Shown: positions 1 to 10,609, numbered from the stretch's first letter. The stretch is DNA of 64,000 nt from an uncultured Methanoregulaceae archaeon (GCA_963701095.1 OY969564.1:1856001-1920000); one strand, 5' to 3'. Notes: a model not told the origin generated them from the sequence alone. A program made the numbers and translations.

Positions 1-4
1 CAAT

Positions 5-535
5 ATGCAGATGCGCATTCATGGGGGTAGGCGACGCCGGGCACCTGAGACCCCGTGGCTCCTTATTGCTACGATAATCGGTATTGTCGTGGTTTCAGGA
101 GCTGCATTCACTTACTTTACCAGCGCCGGTGTGTCGTCATCAGGACACGCTTCAACCAGTACGACTACGGTACAAAAGCCTGTAGTCACCCCCGTTACTC
201 CCGTTGTAACGATAATTCCCCAAATTACTAATATAGCATCAGTAACTCAAAGTCCGGTGAATGTACCGGCAACTGGTGTGGTTATCAGTGTCAGTTATCT
301 CGGTGGATTCAAAGGCTCGTATACGACCGGGGGGGTCACTACGAATATAACTAATTCGGGGAATCAGTTAATCACGGTGGAAAACGCGACCGGATCATTG
401 ACAACCACCTTCCAGAAAATGGACGATACGGCAACCCACGCACTTACTGTGACAATCTATGAAAATGGCAAACCGATTGGCACTGACAGTTCAAGTGAGT
501 CCTACGGCAAAGTCACGATTACGTCGGTTCTGTAG
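5..535 (+). CDS. Hypothetical membrane-anchored protein (N-terminal TM helix, T/P/V-rich linker, beta-rich C-terminal domain)
   Basis: ORF of 176 aa with hydrophobic segment WLLIATIIGIVVVSGAAF and a VVTPVTPVVT linker; the start is at the window edge and uncertain. Confidence 0.65.
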   Translation: MQMRIHGGRRRRAPETPWLLIATIIGIVVVSGAAFTYFTSAGVSSSGHASTSTTTVQKPVVTPVTPVVTIIPQITNIASVTQSPVNVPATGVVISVSYLGGFKGSYTTGGVTTNITNSGNQLITVENATGSLTTTFQKMDDTATHALTVTIYENGKPIGTDSSSESYGKVTITSVL

Positions 536-624
536 AAATCGCAGAATTTTTTCAGAAGACAGGTAAAATACCGATCAAAAAACTGATAAGACGCCGCAGA
601 AAAAAGTATTTTTTTAATGCGGAT

Positions 625-1064
625 TTACTTCCGAACTTTTCTCTCTTTTGGTTTATCAGCCTTCTTCTCGCCCTCGGCTCCTTCTACTTTGGGGAACATT
701 TCATCGAGGGACTTTTCGCCGTACATGGTCACGCGGGCGTTGACCTGAACGAATTCGGGGGTGATCTGATGCGACCGGATCATTTTTCGTCTGCGTTCAC
801 CATCCATACCCGGTGGAATCCGACACCCTCTGCAAGCAGGAGCTTTCTTCTCCCGGCTCCCGGAAGACTTTTCCTTGCAGGTGTACCTGTTTGATCCGAG
901 CCCCCGGTAATCAGGATCCTATAACCTGCAAGTCCGAGTTGGGCAGCGTCTAATTCGTCCCCGATCTTTTTCCCCACGATCGCTCCTGCTGCGGCAGTGC
1001 TGGCAACAACATTGTAGGCACGACCTGTTTTTGGGTCTGATACAACAACCTTTAATTCAACCAT
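625..1064 (-). CDS. rps6e: 30S ribosomal protein S6e (split by a 1-nt indel near 811)
   Basis: MVELKVVVSDPKTG...ITGGSDQTG...GVGFH (ORF 780..1097) continues as MDGERRRKMIR...QVNARV (ORF 625..807); adding one base at CCCGG 809-813 joins them. Confidence 0.93.
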
Positions 1065-1194
1065 GCTTGATTCTCCGTATTGGATATCCCGGAACACTCC
1101 CTAAATCGGGCGTTCCGTTCACTCTCCGGCTTTCCGGCGAAACTACGCCTGTGCACGTGAAGTACCCATGTTATTATACCGATACGCTATTAAA
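1065..1194 (-). promoter_or_regulatory. rps6e promoter (TTTAATAG, 1187-1194) and structured ~100-nt 5' UTR
   Basis: TATA-like box on the minus strand; hairpins CGGAACGC..GUGUUCCG (1090-1117) and CCGG-AAAG-CCGG (1126-1137). Confidence 0.5.
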
Positions 1195-1243
1195 CCCTCG
1201 TGTCCGTTAAAGGCAAACCTCACCTGATTGCCTTAAAAGGTCT

Positions 1244-3023
1244 TTATTTGCCCCAGAATGGTTCAGCTTTGCGCCGTATCGCCACAAATTCAGCAAGTAC
1301 TTCCTGAGTGCTGATGTTCAGATTCTTGAGCATCTCGCGTTCGAGAACCTTAACGTGACGTTCGGGAAGATCTACAAGCAGGTCATCCCCAACGTTAAGC
1401 TGACGGCCAATCGTAGCTCCGTCGATCGAAATGGCTACTTCAAGACCGGCATCAGCCTCCCTGATTGTTTCCTGCCGGAGTTGCATGGATTTCAGGTGCC
1501 CTACTTTCTTTCCATCCGGTTTTACCAGATCCACGCCGCTCCTAAGCTTCCCGCCAAGTACCCGCACCCCGACAACCGCCGGATTGCTTTGCCGGAATAC
1601 ACAATCAGGAAGCAGTCGTATTTTTGCCGGCATCATAACATGTTCAAACTGAGCCTTTTCTGCAATTCGTTTTTGTTCGTCTTTATATGCAATGTACTGG
1701 TCGATAAGCTGATAGATCACTTGACCTGAGAACACCTTAACCTGCGTATATAACGGGTCCTTGATCATGTCTGCTGCGTCGGGAAGAATCGGTGTATTGA
1801 AGGATAAAAGGACACGGAATGTAGGATTTTTTATCGTTTCAGTATCGATGAGATCGTGTCGGCTCACCGGGCCGACCTGAGCCCTCATTACCTTAATCTC
1901 TTTTGCCTCTAACTCCTTGCAGAGTGCTTCAAGGGCTCCGATAGTATCAGACTTTTATTACAATGCCCTCGTCTGCGAGGTTGACATGTATCTCCTGCAT
2001 TTCCGTTCGGATCCGGGTCGCGAGCTCGTCACTGTTGCCCCGGATAACAAAGAGGGGAGAACCGGCGATCACTTTTTCGATACCAGGTGCAGAAACTTTG
2101 ATCCCAGCCGCTGCGACTACTGAACGGACGCGTTCGAAACGATCCTCGACAAGAATCTCTTTGAGTGGCCGGGGTTTTAAAAGCGACCTGACTTTTGCAA
2201 TCACCACATCATCCTGCGAAGCCATCGCTATCTCGTCGCCAACCGAAAGAGTACCATCGTACAAAATCACGTCAAGGGTCGTCCCAAGGCCACGTTCTTC
2301 TTTGACTTCAAGAACGGTACCTGCCCCCGGCCCTTCAATCGAGAGTTTGAGTTCTTCCCCCATATACCGTTGGGCAAGCCCTATCATAACCATAAGAAGA
2401 TCTGAGATGCCCTCACCGGTATGGGCACTTACCGGCACAATGGCAAGGTTACGCCGGAAATCCGATACCCGGTCGAAACGGTCTGCGGAAAATTCAAGGT
2501 CAGAGAGTTTTCCCACAATCTCATATGTTTTTGTCTCGATGTCGTTTTTCACGCGTTCATTTTGTTTTGCAAACGATGAAAGAAATGATTCGTCATTGTT
2601 GATCCGCCAGCCATGGATTCTGTCGATTTTTGTCGCTGCAATCACAAATGGTGTTTTACAATTCCGGAGGATCTGAAGCGCTTCGACTGTCTGGGGCTGG
2701 AACCCCTGGTTGATATCGACAACAAGGATCGCAAGATCTGCAAGCGCGCCACCACGGGCCCGCAACGTAGTGAATGCATGGTGCCCCGGGGTATCAATAA
2801 AAAGAAGGCCGGGAATATTGATGGGAATTTTCTCCATCGAACCACTCATTTTTCTGATTGCGTCAATGGGGACAATAGTTGCTCCAATATGCTGTGTAAT
2901 CGCACCCGCTTCAGATGCAACAACAGATGAGCCACGTATCTTATCAAGGAGTGAGGTTTTACCATGATCCACATGCCCCATGACACAAACAATTGGCGTT
3001 CTGATTTTCGGGTCTGCCGCCAT
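1244..3023 (-). CDS. infB: Translation initiation factor IF-2/aIF5B (split by a 1-nt insertion near 1951)
   Basis: GHVDHGKT, DTPGH and TKID GTPase motifs; removing one base at 1951 restores IKADTIGALEAL and joins ORF 1244..1888 (CVFRQSNPAVVGV). Confidence 0.95.
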
Positions 3024-3230
3024 ATTTCACTCCCCCCATCCACGCTTGCTCTGATTGCAGATTAAAAATCATCCGCGGCGCGGCATAGAACAATGCCGCA
3101 TGCCATCTATCCATACTATTCTGTCAGAGCCACCTGATAACTTAATGGATGGCTCAGCCTATTAAAATCGCTCCTTTAAAATGGTAGTTGTCCAGATCTG
3201 GTTTTCCGGGATAGATGCCCGGGAGGGCAG

Positions 3231-3243
3231 ATATATTAAAAAG
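3231..3243 (+). promoter_or_regulatory. TATA-like promoter of tRNA-His
   Basis: ATATATTAAAAAG about 30-40 nt upstream of the tRNA 5' end. Confidence 0.5.
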
Positions 3244-3272
3244 AGTTCACGCCCAAATTAACTGGAATAAAT

Positions 3273-3345
3273 GCCAGGGTAGGGTAGTCTGGTTATCCTA
3301 AGGGACTGTGGATCCCTCGACCGGGTTCAAATCTCGGCCCTGGCC
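3273..3345 (+). tRNA. tRNA-His(GTG); no encoded G-1, no encoded CCA
   Basis: Acceptor stem GCCAGGG/CCCTGGC, anticodon arm AGGGA-CTGTGGA-TCCCT, T-loop TTCAAAT, discriminator C; variable region appears 1 nt short (CGA before CCGGG). Confidence 0.93.
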
Positions 3346-3421
3346 TAATTACTGGGTGAACTTTTCGACATATTTCTCGTTTATGCGAGGTTTATCTCTC
3401 TTTCAAATCGATAGACTTGTA

Positions 3422-4156
3422 TCAAGACATTACTGCCTGGATTGTCCAGGGACCGCTTGCAGTTATATTCAAGTAATACTTTCCTTCGTCTAGTTTCTGA
3501 GTCTTTATTACTGTACAGGAATCGATATCGTTTGCAAGGAGCGCAACCCGGTTACCGGCGGCATCTGTAAGCCAGACAATATAATTGCTCTGGCCGGAAT
3601 ATACAAGAGTAAATGCCCACAAACCAGTTCTGGTCGCCGAAAAGGGAATCACCATGTTTCCCGTCCCTGAAAGAGAAGCTCTTGAAGCACCGGCGGCTCC
3701 CTGGTACAACGAATACGTAATACCCGTGGCATCTCGATTGAACATCGTATTGGACTCAGGGGAGTAGACCCAGATCGTATTAGCCCCGGAATCACGGGTA
3801 ACAAGATAGGTATTGTCTCCTGCAGGCTTCCATGTACCGTTATACATCACCCCGGGCTGGTTTGCAAAGGTTTCCTGGGTTTTACCATTTACATCAAATG
3901 AAATAGTAAAAAGGTAAGCAGGTCCCGGGCTCCTCCAGACTCCGACTATAGGATCGAGAGAAAGTGACGCGGCCAGGGAACGGGAAGATGCCAATGCAGG
4001 TAAAGAGGCAGCTGGAGTAACCGAAGTTGTAGGTGCGGTTCCCCCCCCGGCTTCTGTACACCCCGCAGTAATAACACAACCGATGCAAAGAACGATTAGG
4101 CATATAGGCCCGATTTTCTGAAGGGTCCGGATACGATCCTTTTGCACGATAGTCAT
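3422..4156 (-). CDS. Putative lipoprotein
   Basis: Hydrophobic signal ending in TAGC (lipobox-like), S/T/A linker, DPIVGVW and GPWTI beta-rich segments; start taken at MTIVQ after GGAGGG. Confidence 0.7.
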   Translation of the reverse strand: MTIVQKDRIRTLQKIGPICLIVLCIGCVITAGCTEAGGGTAPTTSVTPAASLPALASSRSLAASLSLDPIVGVWRSPGPAYLFTISFDVNGKTQETFANQPGVMYNGTWKPAGDNTYLVTRDSGANTIWVYSPESNTMFNRDATGITYSLYQGAAGASRASLSGTGNMVIPFSATRTGLWAFTLVYSGQSNYIVWLTDAAGNRVALLANDIDSCTVIKTQKLDEGKYYLNITASGPWTIQAVMS

Positions 4157-4366
4157 CCCTCCGGGTAAGTCCTCCTCTTGTATTGTATATGTTAATGGTC
4201 TGGTTTTGAATACTTTCAGGGGATATAACCGCCAGGTTATATCTATCGATTCTGAAATTTCTTTTAACTGCTTTTTAGGTAGAGCATACGGCAAAACATT
4301 TCCATTCCTCTCAAAGTTACCCGTTTTTCCGAAATGGACAGCCTTTTCTCATTCCCCCGGTAACAG

Positions 4367-5263
4367 ATGTTTGTGGACTCACTAACTCATGCACTTGTTG
4401 CTTCAATGGTTTTTTATGGTCTCGGCCTCATGCAGCTGCTGCCTTTTACAGTGATCGGCGTGGTTATCATAGACGCTGATATCCTCTTTTCCCTTCTCTC
4501 TCGTGGGAATCCTTCCCTTTATCTCTTCATTCATGGTGGAATTGCTCACAGCATAGCTGGTGCAACCGTGATGTCTGTTATTTCTTACGTTGGTATCTGG
4601 GTAGCAGTCTTTGTCGGTCTGATCTGTCCAACTCTAGTGTACGGATCTGGGGCCGCGGGCTTTGCTGCAATTCTGGCAGGTGCATTCCTTCACCTTGCAA
4701 TGGATCTCCCGGCAACACCTGGCATTCCCCTCTTTGCTCCGGCATCGGATCGAAAATATTCATTTTTTCTGTTGCCTGGGCCTAGTCTCTTTTTAATGGG
4801 AGTAAGTTTCTTTCTCATTATCTGGATGATTCTTGGCGCTCTTTCATTCGCGCAAGGAATGGTGATATTTGCGGTTTTCTTTGGTTTGTTCCTGCTGATT
4901 CGAATCGTTGCATACCTCATCTCCCGCCCGGAACTTCGAAAAATGACGTGTGCCCTCCCGCAGATGAGCCCGCTGCAATGGATCGCAATAAGCGAAACTC
5001 CTGATTCATGGTGCGTGCAGAACTACCGGATCGGTTCCGGGTTCGCCGAACCTGAATTCTATCCTAAGTTCAGGGACATTTCACCAAAGGAAATTTTACC
5101 GTACTTGTCATTACCTGAAGTAAAACGACTGAAGTACCACTCGTTTATTGTCATTGCAGCAAAGGAGGGCAATGAAATTGTTTTCTCCGATCCGCTTAGG
5201 GTCACAGGGAAGATCTTTTACCCGCCGCACTTTAAGCAGGTCCGGATTGCAATCATGAGTTAG
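4367..5263 (+). CDS. Membrane-bound metal-dependent hydrolase (YdjM/DUF457-like)
   Basis: DSLTH, D-x-D, HGGIAHS, HLAMD and GIPLFAP motifs in a multi-TM protein. Confidence 0.8.
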   Translation: MFVDSLTHALVASMVFYGLGLMQLLPFTVIGVVIIDADILFSLLSRGNPSLYLFIHGGIAHSIAGATVMSVISYVGIWVAVFVGLICPTLVYGSGAAGFAAILAGAFLHLAMDLPATPGIPLFAPASDRKYSFFLLPGPSLFLMGVSFFLIIWMILGALSFAQGMVIFAVFFGLFLLIRIVAYLISRPELRKMTCALPQMSPLQWIAISETPDSWCVQNYRIGSGFAEPEFYPKFRDISPKEILPYLSLPEVKRLKYHSFIVIAAKEGNEIVFSDPLRVTGKIFYPPHFKQVRIAIMS

Positions 5264-5438
5264 GACGAATAGTGAGATCTCAAGAATTGGAGGAATAGAT
5301 TATACGGTACTCCTGTTTAACTGCTAGTTATTGTTTGACCGAAAAAGTTCGATCAACCCCTTCCGAAACTGGCACTTTCACTCTCCGCATGCCCTCCTGA
5401 TTATACGGGACTGTTTCGCAGAGTGGATAGTGAAATCG

Positions 5439-5893
5439 ATGAACGATCAAGAAAGGACGGATGGAGTGATTACTACAATCCGTGAGATGAATCGCTGCTG
5501 GACAGAGACTTGGGACGAAAAGGCGTTTGGGGAATATATCCATGTGGATGCAGTCTCGATTAACCCCACATCTCCCGCCGTCTCGAGAGCCGCGATGCTT
5601 ATATCTCCGGCTGGCGGGTGTTTGTGGAGGAAGCTACGATCCATTCATGGGATGAGTCCGGACACCGGGTCAGTTTCTTCTGTCGGGGCACATGCACTGT
5701 TGTGACATACTTCTTTGCAATCCGTTTTGTGATGGCCGAAAAAGAGATAATCATGCTGGGCCGGGACATGTTTTCGCTGATCCGGCAAGATGGCCGCTGG
5801 TTTGTGGTGTCCGATCAGTTCTCCCCGGAACCGGGCAGGTGTGAAAGAGTTATCCGGGCCTATCCGTATAAAAAAGCAGGGTACCTACTATAG
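5439..5893 (+). CDS. NTF2-like/SnoaL-like (DUF4440-type) protein (split by a 1-nt deletion near 5577)
   Basis: MNDQERT..EMNRCW plus a second frame FVEEATIHSW..GRDMFSLIRQDGRWFVVSDQFS; restoring CCCGGCC gives PGRLESRDAYISGW. Confidence 0.7.
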
Positions 5894-5906
5894 AGAAGAG
5901 AATAGT

Positions 5907-6161
5907 ATGGACGTTATCACACTTGTCGGTTTTATCGCTGGCACACTTACAACTGTAGCATATGTCCCGCAGGTCGTCCGGAGCTGGCGGCTTAAAGAGA
6001 CAAGAGATATCTCCCTTTCCATGCTCGTACTTTATGCAATTGGTGTTTTTCTCTGGCTCTTGTACGGGTGCTGGACAAACGCCCTTCCCATAATCGTGGC
6101 TAACGGTATTTCTGAAATATTGATTCTTATCCTGCTCGGGATCAAGCTGCATTACCTGTGA
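5907..6161 (+). CDS. SemiSWEET / PQ-loop family transporter
   Basis: 84 aa, 3 TM; GTLTTVAYVPQ, TRDISL, WLLYG and PIIVAN motifs. Confidence 0.88.
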   Translation: MDVITLVGFIAGTLTTVAYVPQVVRSWRLKETRDISLSMLVLYAIGVFLWLLYGCWTNALPIIVANGISEILILILLGIKLHYL

Positions 6162-6226
6162 TTTTAACAGGCATTGGGGTGACCGGGAAAAAGGTCAAGT
6201 CCCGGGTAAAAACGTATAAAAAAGGT

Positions 6227-6841
6227 TTAATCCTGAAGGAGTACGAGGCAACCGGCGATTTTGTCGTGGAGACCCTGCCGTTTCTTGGTGAGACCGATCA
6301 TTAAAAACCCGATGAATATAATCAGGGTCGAAATGAACTTCCCGAAGAACCTGAGTGTAGCCCGCGCAAACGTTATCCTATTGCCTTCGACATCGGTTAC
6401 TTGGAGGCTCATCAAAACTTTGCCTGGAGTAGCCTGTCCCCGCGAAGATTCAAAGCCTGCGTAATAAAGCCAGGGAACGACAACAACAAGAATACCGACG
6501 GCAGCGACGATAGGGCCGATGGCTGCGATAGGTGCTCCCGTCTCGGTAAGGGAAGAAATCGGCGCGTGGTCGACCACGATATAGATCAGATACATGATCC
6601 CATTCTCTTGGTTGAAAAATGCAACCGCAATTATACCGAATAGAACAATAAGTATAAAATCGACGATAAATGCAACGAACCGCCGCCCTAGACCAGCGTA
6701 AATACCGATCTCGGGCCCTTCGTCAGGATCGGGCGCCGCCACTACCACCGGGGCAGGGGCAACGTTATCTATCGGTGCCCCGCACCATTGGCAGAATTGT
6801 CCGGAAGCGTCAGTCTCCTTCCCACATTTTGGACAGAACAT
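6227..6841 (-). CDS. RDD family membrane protein with N-terminal zinc ribbon
   Basis: CPKCG..CQWCG; YAGLGRRFVAFIVD, GQATPGK, RQGLHDKIAG. Confidence 0.88.
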   Translation of the reverse strand: MFCPKCGKETDASGQFCQWCGAPIDNVAPAPVVVAAPDPDEGPEIGIYAGLGRRFVAFIVDFILIVLFGIIAVAFFNQENGIMYLIYIVVDHAPISSLTETGAPIAAIGPIVAAVGILVVVVPWLYYAGFESSRGQATPGKVLMSLQVTDVEGNRITFARATLRFFGKFISTLIIFIGFLMIGLTKKRQGLHDKIAGCLVLLQD

Positions 6842-7048
6842 TCCTCTTACTCCTGATAGGTTAAGTTAATCCGGGTGTCCTTTTTAATTTAACTGTTCTA
6901 AACTGAAAATAATGCAGGTTTCTACGGCTCCCTTGATGAAACGGTCATTATCATTCAAGTATGAGACGGGCAGTGCAACCGTACTGGCATTATTCTGCAA
7001 AAAAGCTGAACACAAGTCAGAAATAATCCCGGGTGAAAAAGGATATTC

Positions 7049-7537
7049 ATGAGATTTCTACTTCTTACAGTCGCGGGTTGTATGCTTTTATTCTGCGTAC
7101 TGTTTGCCGGTTGCACGAGCCCGACCCAGGCACAAATTCAGCCCTTCTCGACCATAGTCACAACGCAGGCATCAGAAACAACCGTCACGGTGATTTCCGC
7201 CGAACCAACAACTTTAGAACCTGTCTCTCCGCTGCCGCCAAATCAGGGTATATATCTTTCACTCACCAAAGATCGGACAAACGGAAAGATAACCCTGCTC
7301 TGCAATAACGGGCCGGGCCTGATCGTCACCCAGGCAATCGAGATGAAGATTACGCGGGCAGATGGGAGCGTGGTCGACGAGTTCATGAATAACGGCGGTG
7401 AGATAACCAGTGGCAGCGAGATTGTTGTCCAGGGAACCCTTGATGGGACTGATCACGCTGTGGTCTGGGTTACTTCTGCAGGTAAAATCTACAAGGTCAT
7501 CGATCAGGACATTTCTTCTATAAACCCCTATTCCTGA
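7049..7537 (+). CDS. Putative lipoprotein
   Basis: Signal with LFAGC lipobox, T/P-rich linker, beta-rich domain. Confidence 0.7.
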   Translation: MRFLLLTVAGCMLLFCVLFAGCTSPTQAQIQPFSTIVTTQASETTVTVISAEPTTLEPVSPLPPNQGIYLSLTKDRTNGKITLLCNNGPGLIVTQAIEMKITRADGSVVDEFMNNGGEITSGSEIVVQGTLDGTDHAVVWVTSAGKIYKVIDQDISSINPYS

Positions 7538-7551
7538 TCTTCCTCTGACTT

Positions 7552-8625
7552 TTATTCCCTTATTCCTCCGATCTTTTCGGCGTATTTCTGCAAGAAGTAC
7601 CCAAGCATAAGCACAGCAAGACACACACCTCCAAGAACAATCCATTGCTCTATACCAGCAGTTCCAACCGCGAGCCGGGCGACCAGGTTCAGCGGATTGA
7701 AAGGTATGGCAAGCACAAGGAGCAGAATAACGACAAGAGCGGTGGAAAAGACAAACTGTGCTGCTGTTCGTTCCCGATAGTAGAGTGCGCACATGGTCCC
7801 TATCAAAATAAGGAGCAAGGATGTGAGGGTGACTTGGACCAGGATAAAGATAGGATTATCTATAACGATCCTATTTGCAGTAAGCAGGAGAATCCATGCT
7901 CCGGCCTGGAGCGGGACAAGGACTGTGCACGTAACTATCTTCCCCCAAACCATCTCGGCAAAAGTGACCGGTGTGGATATAAGTGTCTCGAGCGTCTCAT
8001 GCTGGAACTCCTCCGTGATCAGATCAATAACCAGTGCCGAAGAAAGTATTCCCGGTAGAAAGACGAGAAGCGGGACGAGAAGCCCATAAACGAATCCAAA
8101 GAAATCACCATTCCCGGCTGAGGCCGGAATCTGGACCGGGACAGGAGTTACATTCAGGCGATTAGCCCGGACAGTTCGCAGGTCCTGTTCATATTGAAGA
8201 AAAATATTTTTCAGTCTCACATCCACGACCGCTCCCTGAAGATCGTTTGCGAGTGTGTATAAAGTGATTTTAACGGGATCTTGTGCATCAGGCAGGGTAA
8301 CGGGTGCGTAGACGACTGCCGAAATTCTGCGTTCTTTCAGGAGCTCAACTGCAGTTGAAAGATCTATCTGCCGCACCCGGAGATCCTGGCTGTTCTCCAG
8401 ATATCCCAGTAGAGGGCTTTTATTTCCCGCATACGCGATGGTGTACCTGAAGTGGGAGTATCCCGACAGTGAGGCCGGGTCATACATTGATGTGAGTCCA
8501 ACCATGAGAAACGATGAGAAGAGCGCGATGAAGATCTGGAGCAGGACCGCAAGAAGGATCGTTTTCTCTGAATAGAGTCCTCGGAATTCTTTTTTGGCAA
8601 CGACGGAAATATGCCTTGTTTTCAT
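7552..8625 (-). CDS. ABC-2 type exporter permease
   Basis: VAKKEF N-terminus, extracytoplasmic loop, ITEEFQHETLETLISTPV..GK signature, multiple TMs; ATGA overlap with the upstream gene. Confidence 0.85.
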   Translation of the reverse strand: MKTRHISVVAKKEFRGLYSEKTILLAVLLQIFIALFSSFLMVGLTSMYDPASLSGYSHFRYTIAYAGNKSPLLGYLENSQDLRVRQIDLSTAVELLKERRISAVVYAPVTLPDAQDPVKITLYTLANDLQGAVVDVRLKNIFLQYEQDLRTVRANRLNVTPVPVQIPASAGNGDFFGFVYGLLVPLLVFLPGILSSALVIDLITEEFQHETLETLISTPVTFAEMVWGKIVTCTVLVPLQAGAWILLLTANRIVIDNPIFILVQVTLTSLLLILIGTMCALYYRERTAAQFVFSTALVVILLLVLAIPFNPLNLVARLAVGTAGIEQWIVLGGVCLAVLMLGYFLQKYAEKIGGIRE

Positions 8626-10430
8626 CGTATCCACCCCAAAATAAAGTACAGGTTATAACAGCAATGAAGCACAGTAGCGGCAATAAGACCCGGCCAAAGC
8701 CCTAGTTTTCCCCAGACTTTGAGCGAACTGGCCACGATGAGGACACAAGCAAAGTGAAGCAGGAGGGGTAGCCAGAGTACACCAAGCGACAAAAAGAGGA
8801 TGCTTCCGAAAATCGACGAAGTTATCTGGGATAGCGTTGCAAAGAGGAGGAGTTTTTCACCGAGGAGAAAACCGATGGCAATAGCGGCACAGGCAAGAAC
8901 CAGGTTTTTCCATGAAAAGAATGAAGGGTCGCGAACAAAGATGGTATAGATCCCGATGGCTTTAGCCATCTCTTCTATAAGGGCGGCAATAACGAGCAGG
9001 AGAATAAGCGAGTACGGCATGGGGAGATTGAAAAAAACAACAAGGCCCATCATCTGGGCCATAAAAACGAATGGTATCGAGAAAACGGCAAGAAGAAAAA
9101 GTGCAGCAAACGGATGTTGCGGCGGGAGAATACTGGAAAGAAACTCGCGAATCCGGGGCAGGAACTTTTTTTCAGAGAAAAGGCGTTCCTCGTTGAAATT
9201 CTGTGCCGCAATGTAGAAGAGAACGATTGCAGTCAGCCAGAAAAGGGTTGTCGAATAAAAGTAATCAGAAATTGTCCATGTAGTTCCTTGGATGGTGAGC
9301 ACGATCAGTGTAAGTGGAGAAACAAGGGAGATGACGTGAACGTTTGCGAAGATGCTGGGGAAGAATAGATACGATGTTGCGACGGTAGAAAAGAAGATGG
9401 AGATAAACGAAAGCTCTTTGAAGCTGCGGGCGAGCATGCCGATAATCAGTGCATTTGCGAGGAAAAAAATGATAATCGGAATAAGGGGCAGAAGGATGAG
9501 GGGCGACGCCTTGATGTAGAATGTGATTACTGCGCAAATGCCGATCATTCCAAGGAAATACGGGAGCATCTTTCCAATGATGATAGATGAGGTTTTTACC
9601 GGAAGTGAAAGGAGGGCTTCCCCCTGTCGTCCGGTTCTTTCATTCATGATGCTCATCATAAAAAACTGCGACGTAAAATACAGAGGGAAAATGAAAACGA
9701 AAACAAGGATGATCGAATCAAAAGGGAGAGGTGGTGAGAGTTGATCCGGCGTCACAAATGATCCCATGATGGACTGTCCCGGTGAGATGATGTCAGTATA
9801 CCGGGAGACCTGTGAATTTTGCTGAGATGTTTCTGCAAGCTCCTGGCGGAGTTCGTCCTGCGTGGCAGCGAGTGTGGATGACGGCTTGGGAACGTTTTGG
9901 ACTGTTTCCTGGGGAACCGGCACTCCCGTTCCGGGAGCTACCACCACATACTGACCGTTCTGTGTGGCAGAAAAGTTGAGTTCGCTTTCCACGGGCTGGG
10001 TGTCAATCCAGAGCGGGTACGCAGCAAAAAGGTCACTTTCGCCGGTGTAAACCCCGTTTCTGTACTGCGTATAGTCCCTTTCGAGTGCATTTTGCGCCGA
10101 TAATCCCTTCTCTGTCGGGCTTGCATGTACCACACCATTTATAATTACCAGGTCATATGCACCATCATTTCCGGCGAGCGCGGCGTTGTCAGCCTGAAAA
10201 ACGGTAAAGCGAGTGTCTGAGGCAAACAGGGCCGCAACTTTAGGGTCATCGACTCCGATCCGGTACATGCCGTCTTGGATATGTAGCCCGCTTTCTGCTG
10301 CAAAACCCGTAACAAGAATCAGGAGAACAAAAAGGATGATGGCGACCGGCAGGACGTTACGCGACATAACCGAGAAAGATTTTTTAACCTCCCAGCGAGC
10401 GATGGTCGCAATATCTCTGCCTGTTCCCAT
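8622..10430 (-). CDS. ABC-2 permease fused to a C-terminal PrsW-family intramembrane protease
   Basis: IARWEV, MNERTGRQGEALLSLPV..IIGK (ABC-2); C-terminal IEEMAK, GFLLGE, LLH and LHCCYN (PrsW-type motifs). Confidence 0.8.
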   Translation of the reverse strand: MGTGRDIATIARWEVKKSFSVMSRNVLPVAIILFVLLILVTGFAAESGLHIQDGMYRIGVDDPKVAALFASDTRFTVFQADNAALAGNDGAYDLVIINGVVHASPTEKGLSAQNALERDYTQYRNGVYTGESDLFAAYPLWIDTQPVESELNFSATQNGQYVVVAPGTGVPVPQETVQNVPKPSSTLAATQDELRQELAETSQQNSQVSRYTDIISPGQSIMGSFVTPDQLSPPLPFDSIILVFVFIFPLYFTSQFFMMSIMNERTGRQGEALLSLPVKTSSIIIGKMLPYFLGMIGICAVITFYIKASPLILLPLIPIIIFFLANALIIGMLARSFKELSFISIFFSTVATSYLFFPSIFANVHVISLVSPLTLIVLTIQGTTWTISDYFYSTTLFWLTAIVLFYIAAQNFNEERLFSEKKFLPRIREFLSSILPPQHPFAALFLLAVFSIPFVFMAQMMGLVVFFNLPMPYSLILLLVIAALIEEMAKAIGIYTIFVRDPSFFSWKNLVLACAAIAIGFLLGEKLLLFATLSQITSSIFGSILFLSLGVLWLPLLLHFACVLIVASSLKVWGKLGLWPGLIAATVLHCCYNLYFILGWIR

Positions 10431-10609
10431 AAGTTGTCTCCCGTTCTAAAAACGCGGTAAATAATCAATAAGTAGTGGTAATGTGGTCAAATACTGATCG
10501 ATGCTGACACGGCGGCGACGCGTTGAATCTGCACATATCCCAATATATATGGCACTCCCCTCACAAGTCTACAATACAGAAAAAGTCTGACCTTCCGGAG
10601 AAACTGAAA

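Noticed and set aside
1947..1949. TGA in infB as selenocysteine or readthrough
   Set aside because: The protein continues in a different frame; removing one inserted base restores the conserved KADT motif.
3346..7537. Integrated element downstream of tRNA-His (also checked at tRNA-Lys and tRNA-Ser)
   Set aside because: No integrase or transposase, and I saw no duplicated tRNA 3' end acting as an att site.
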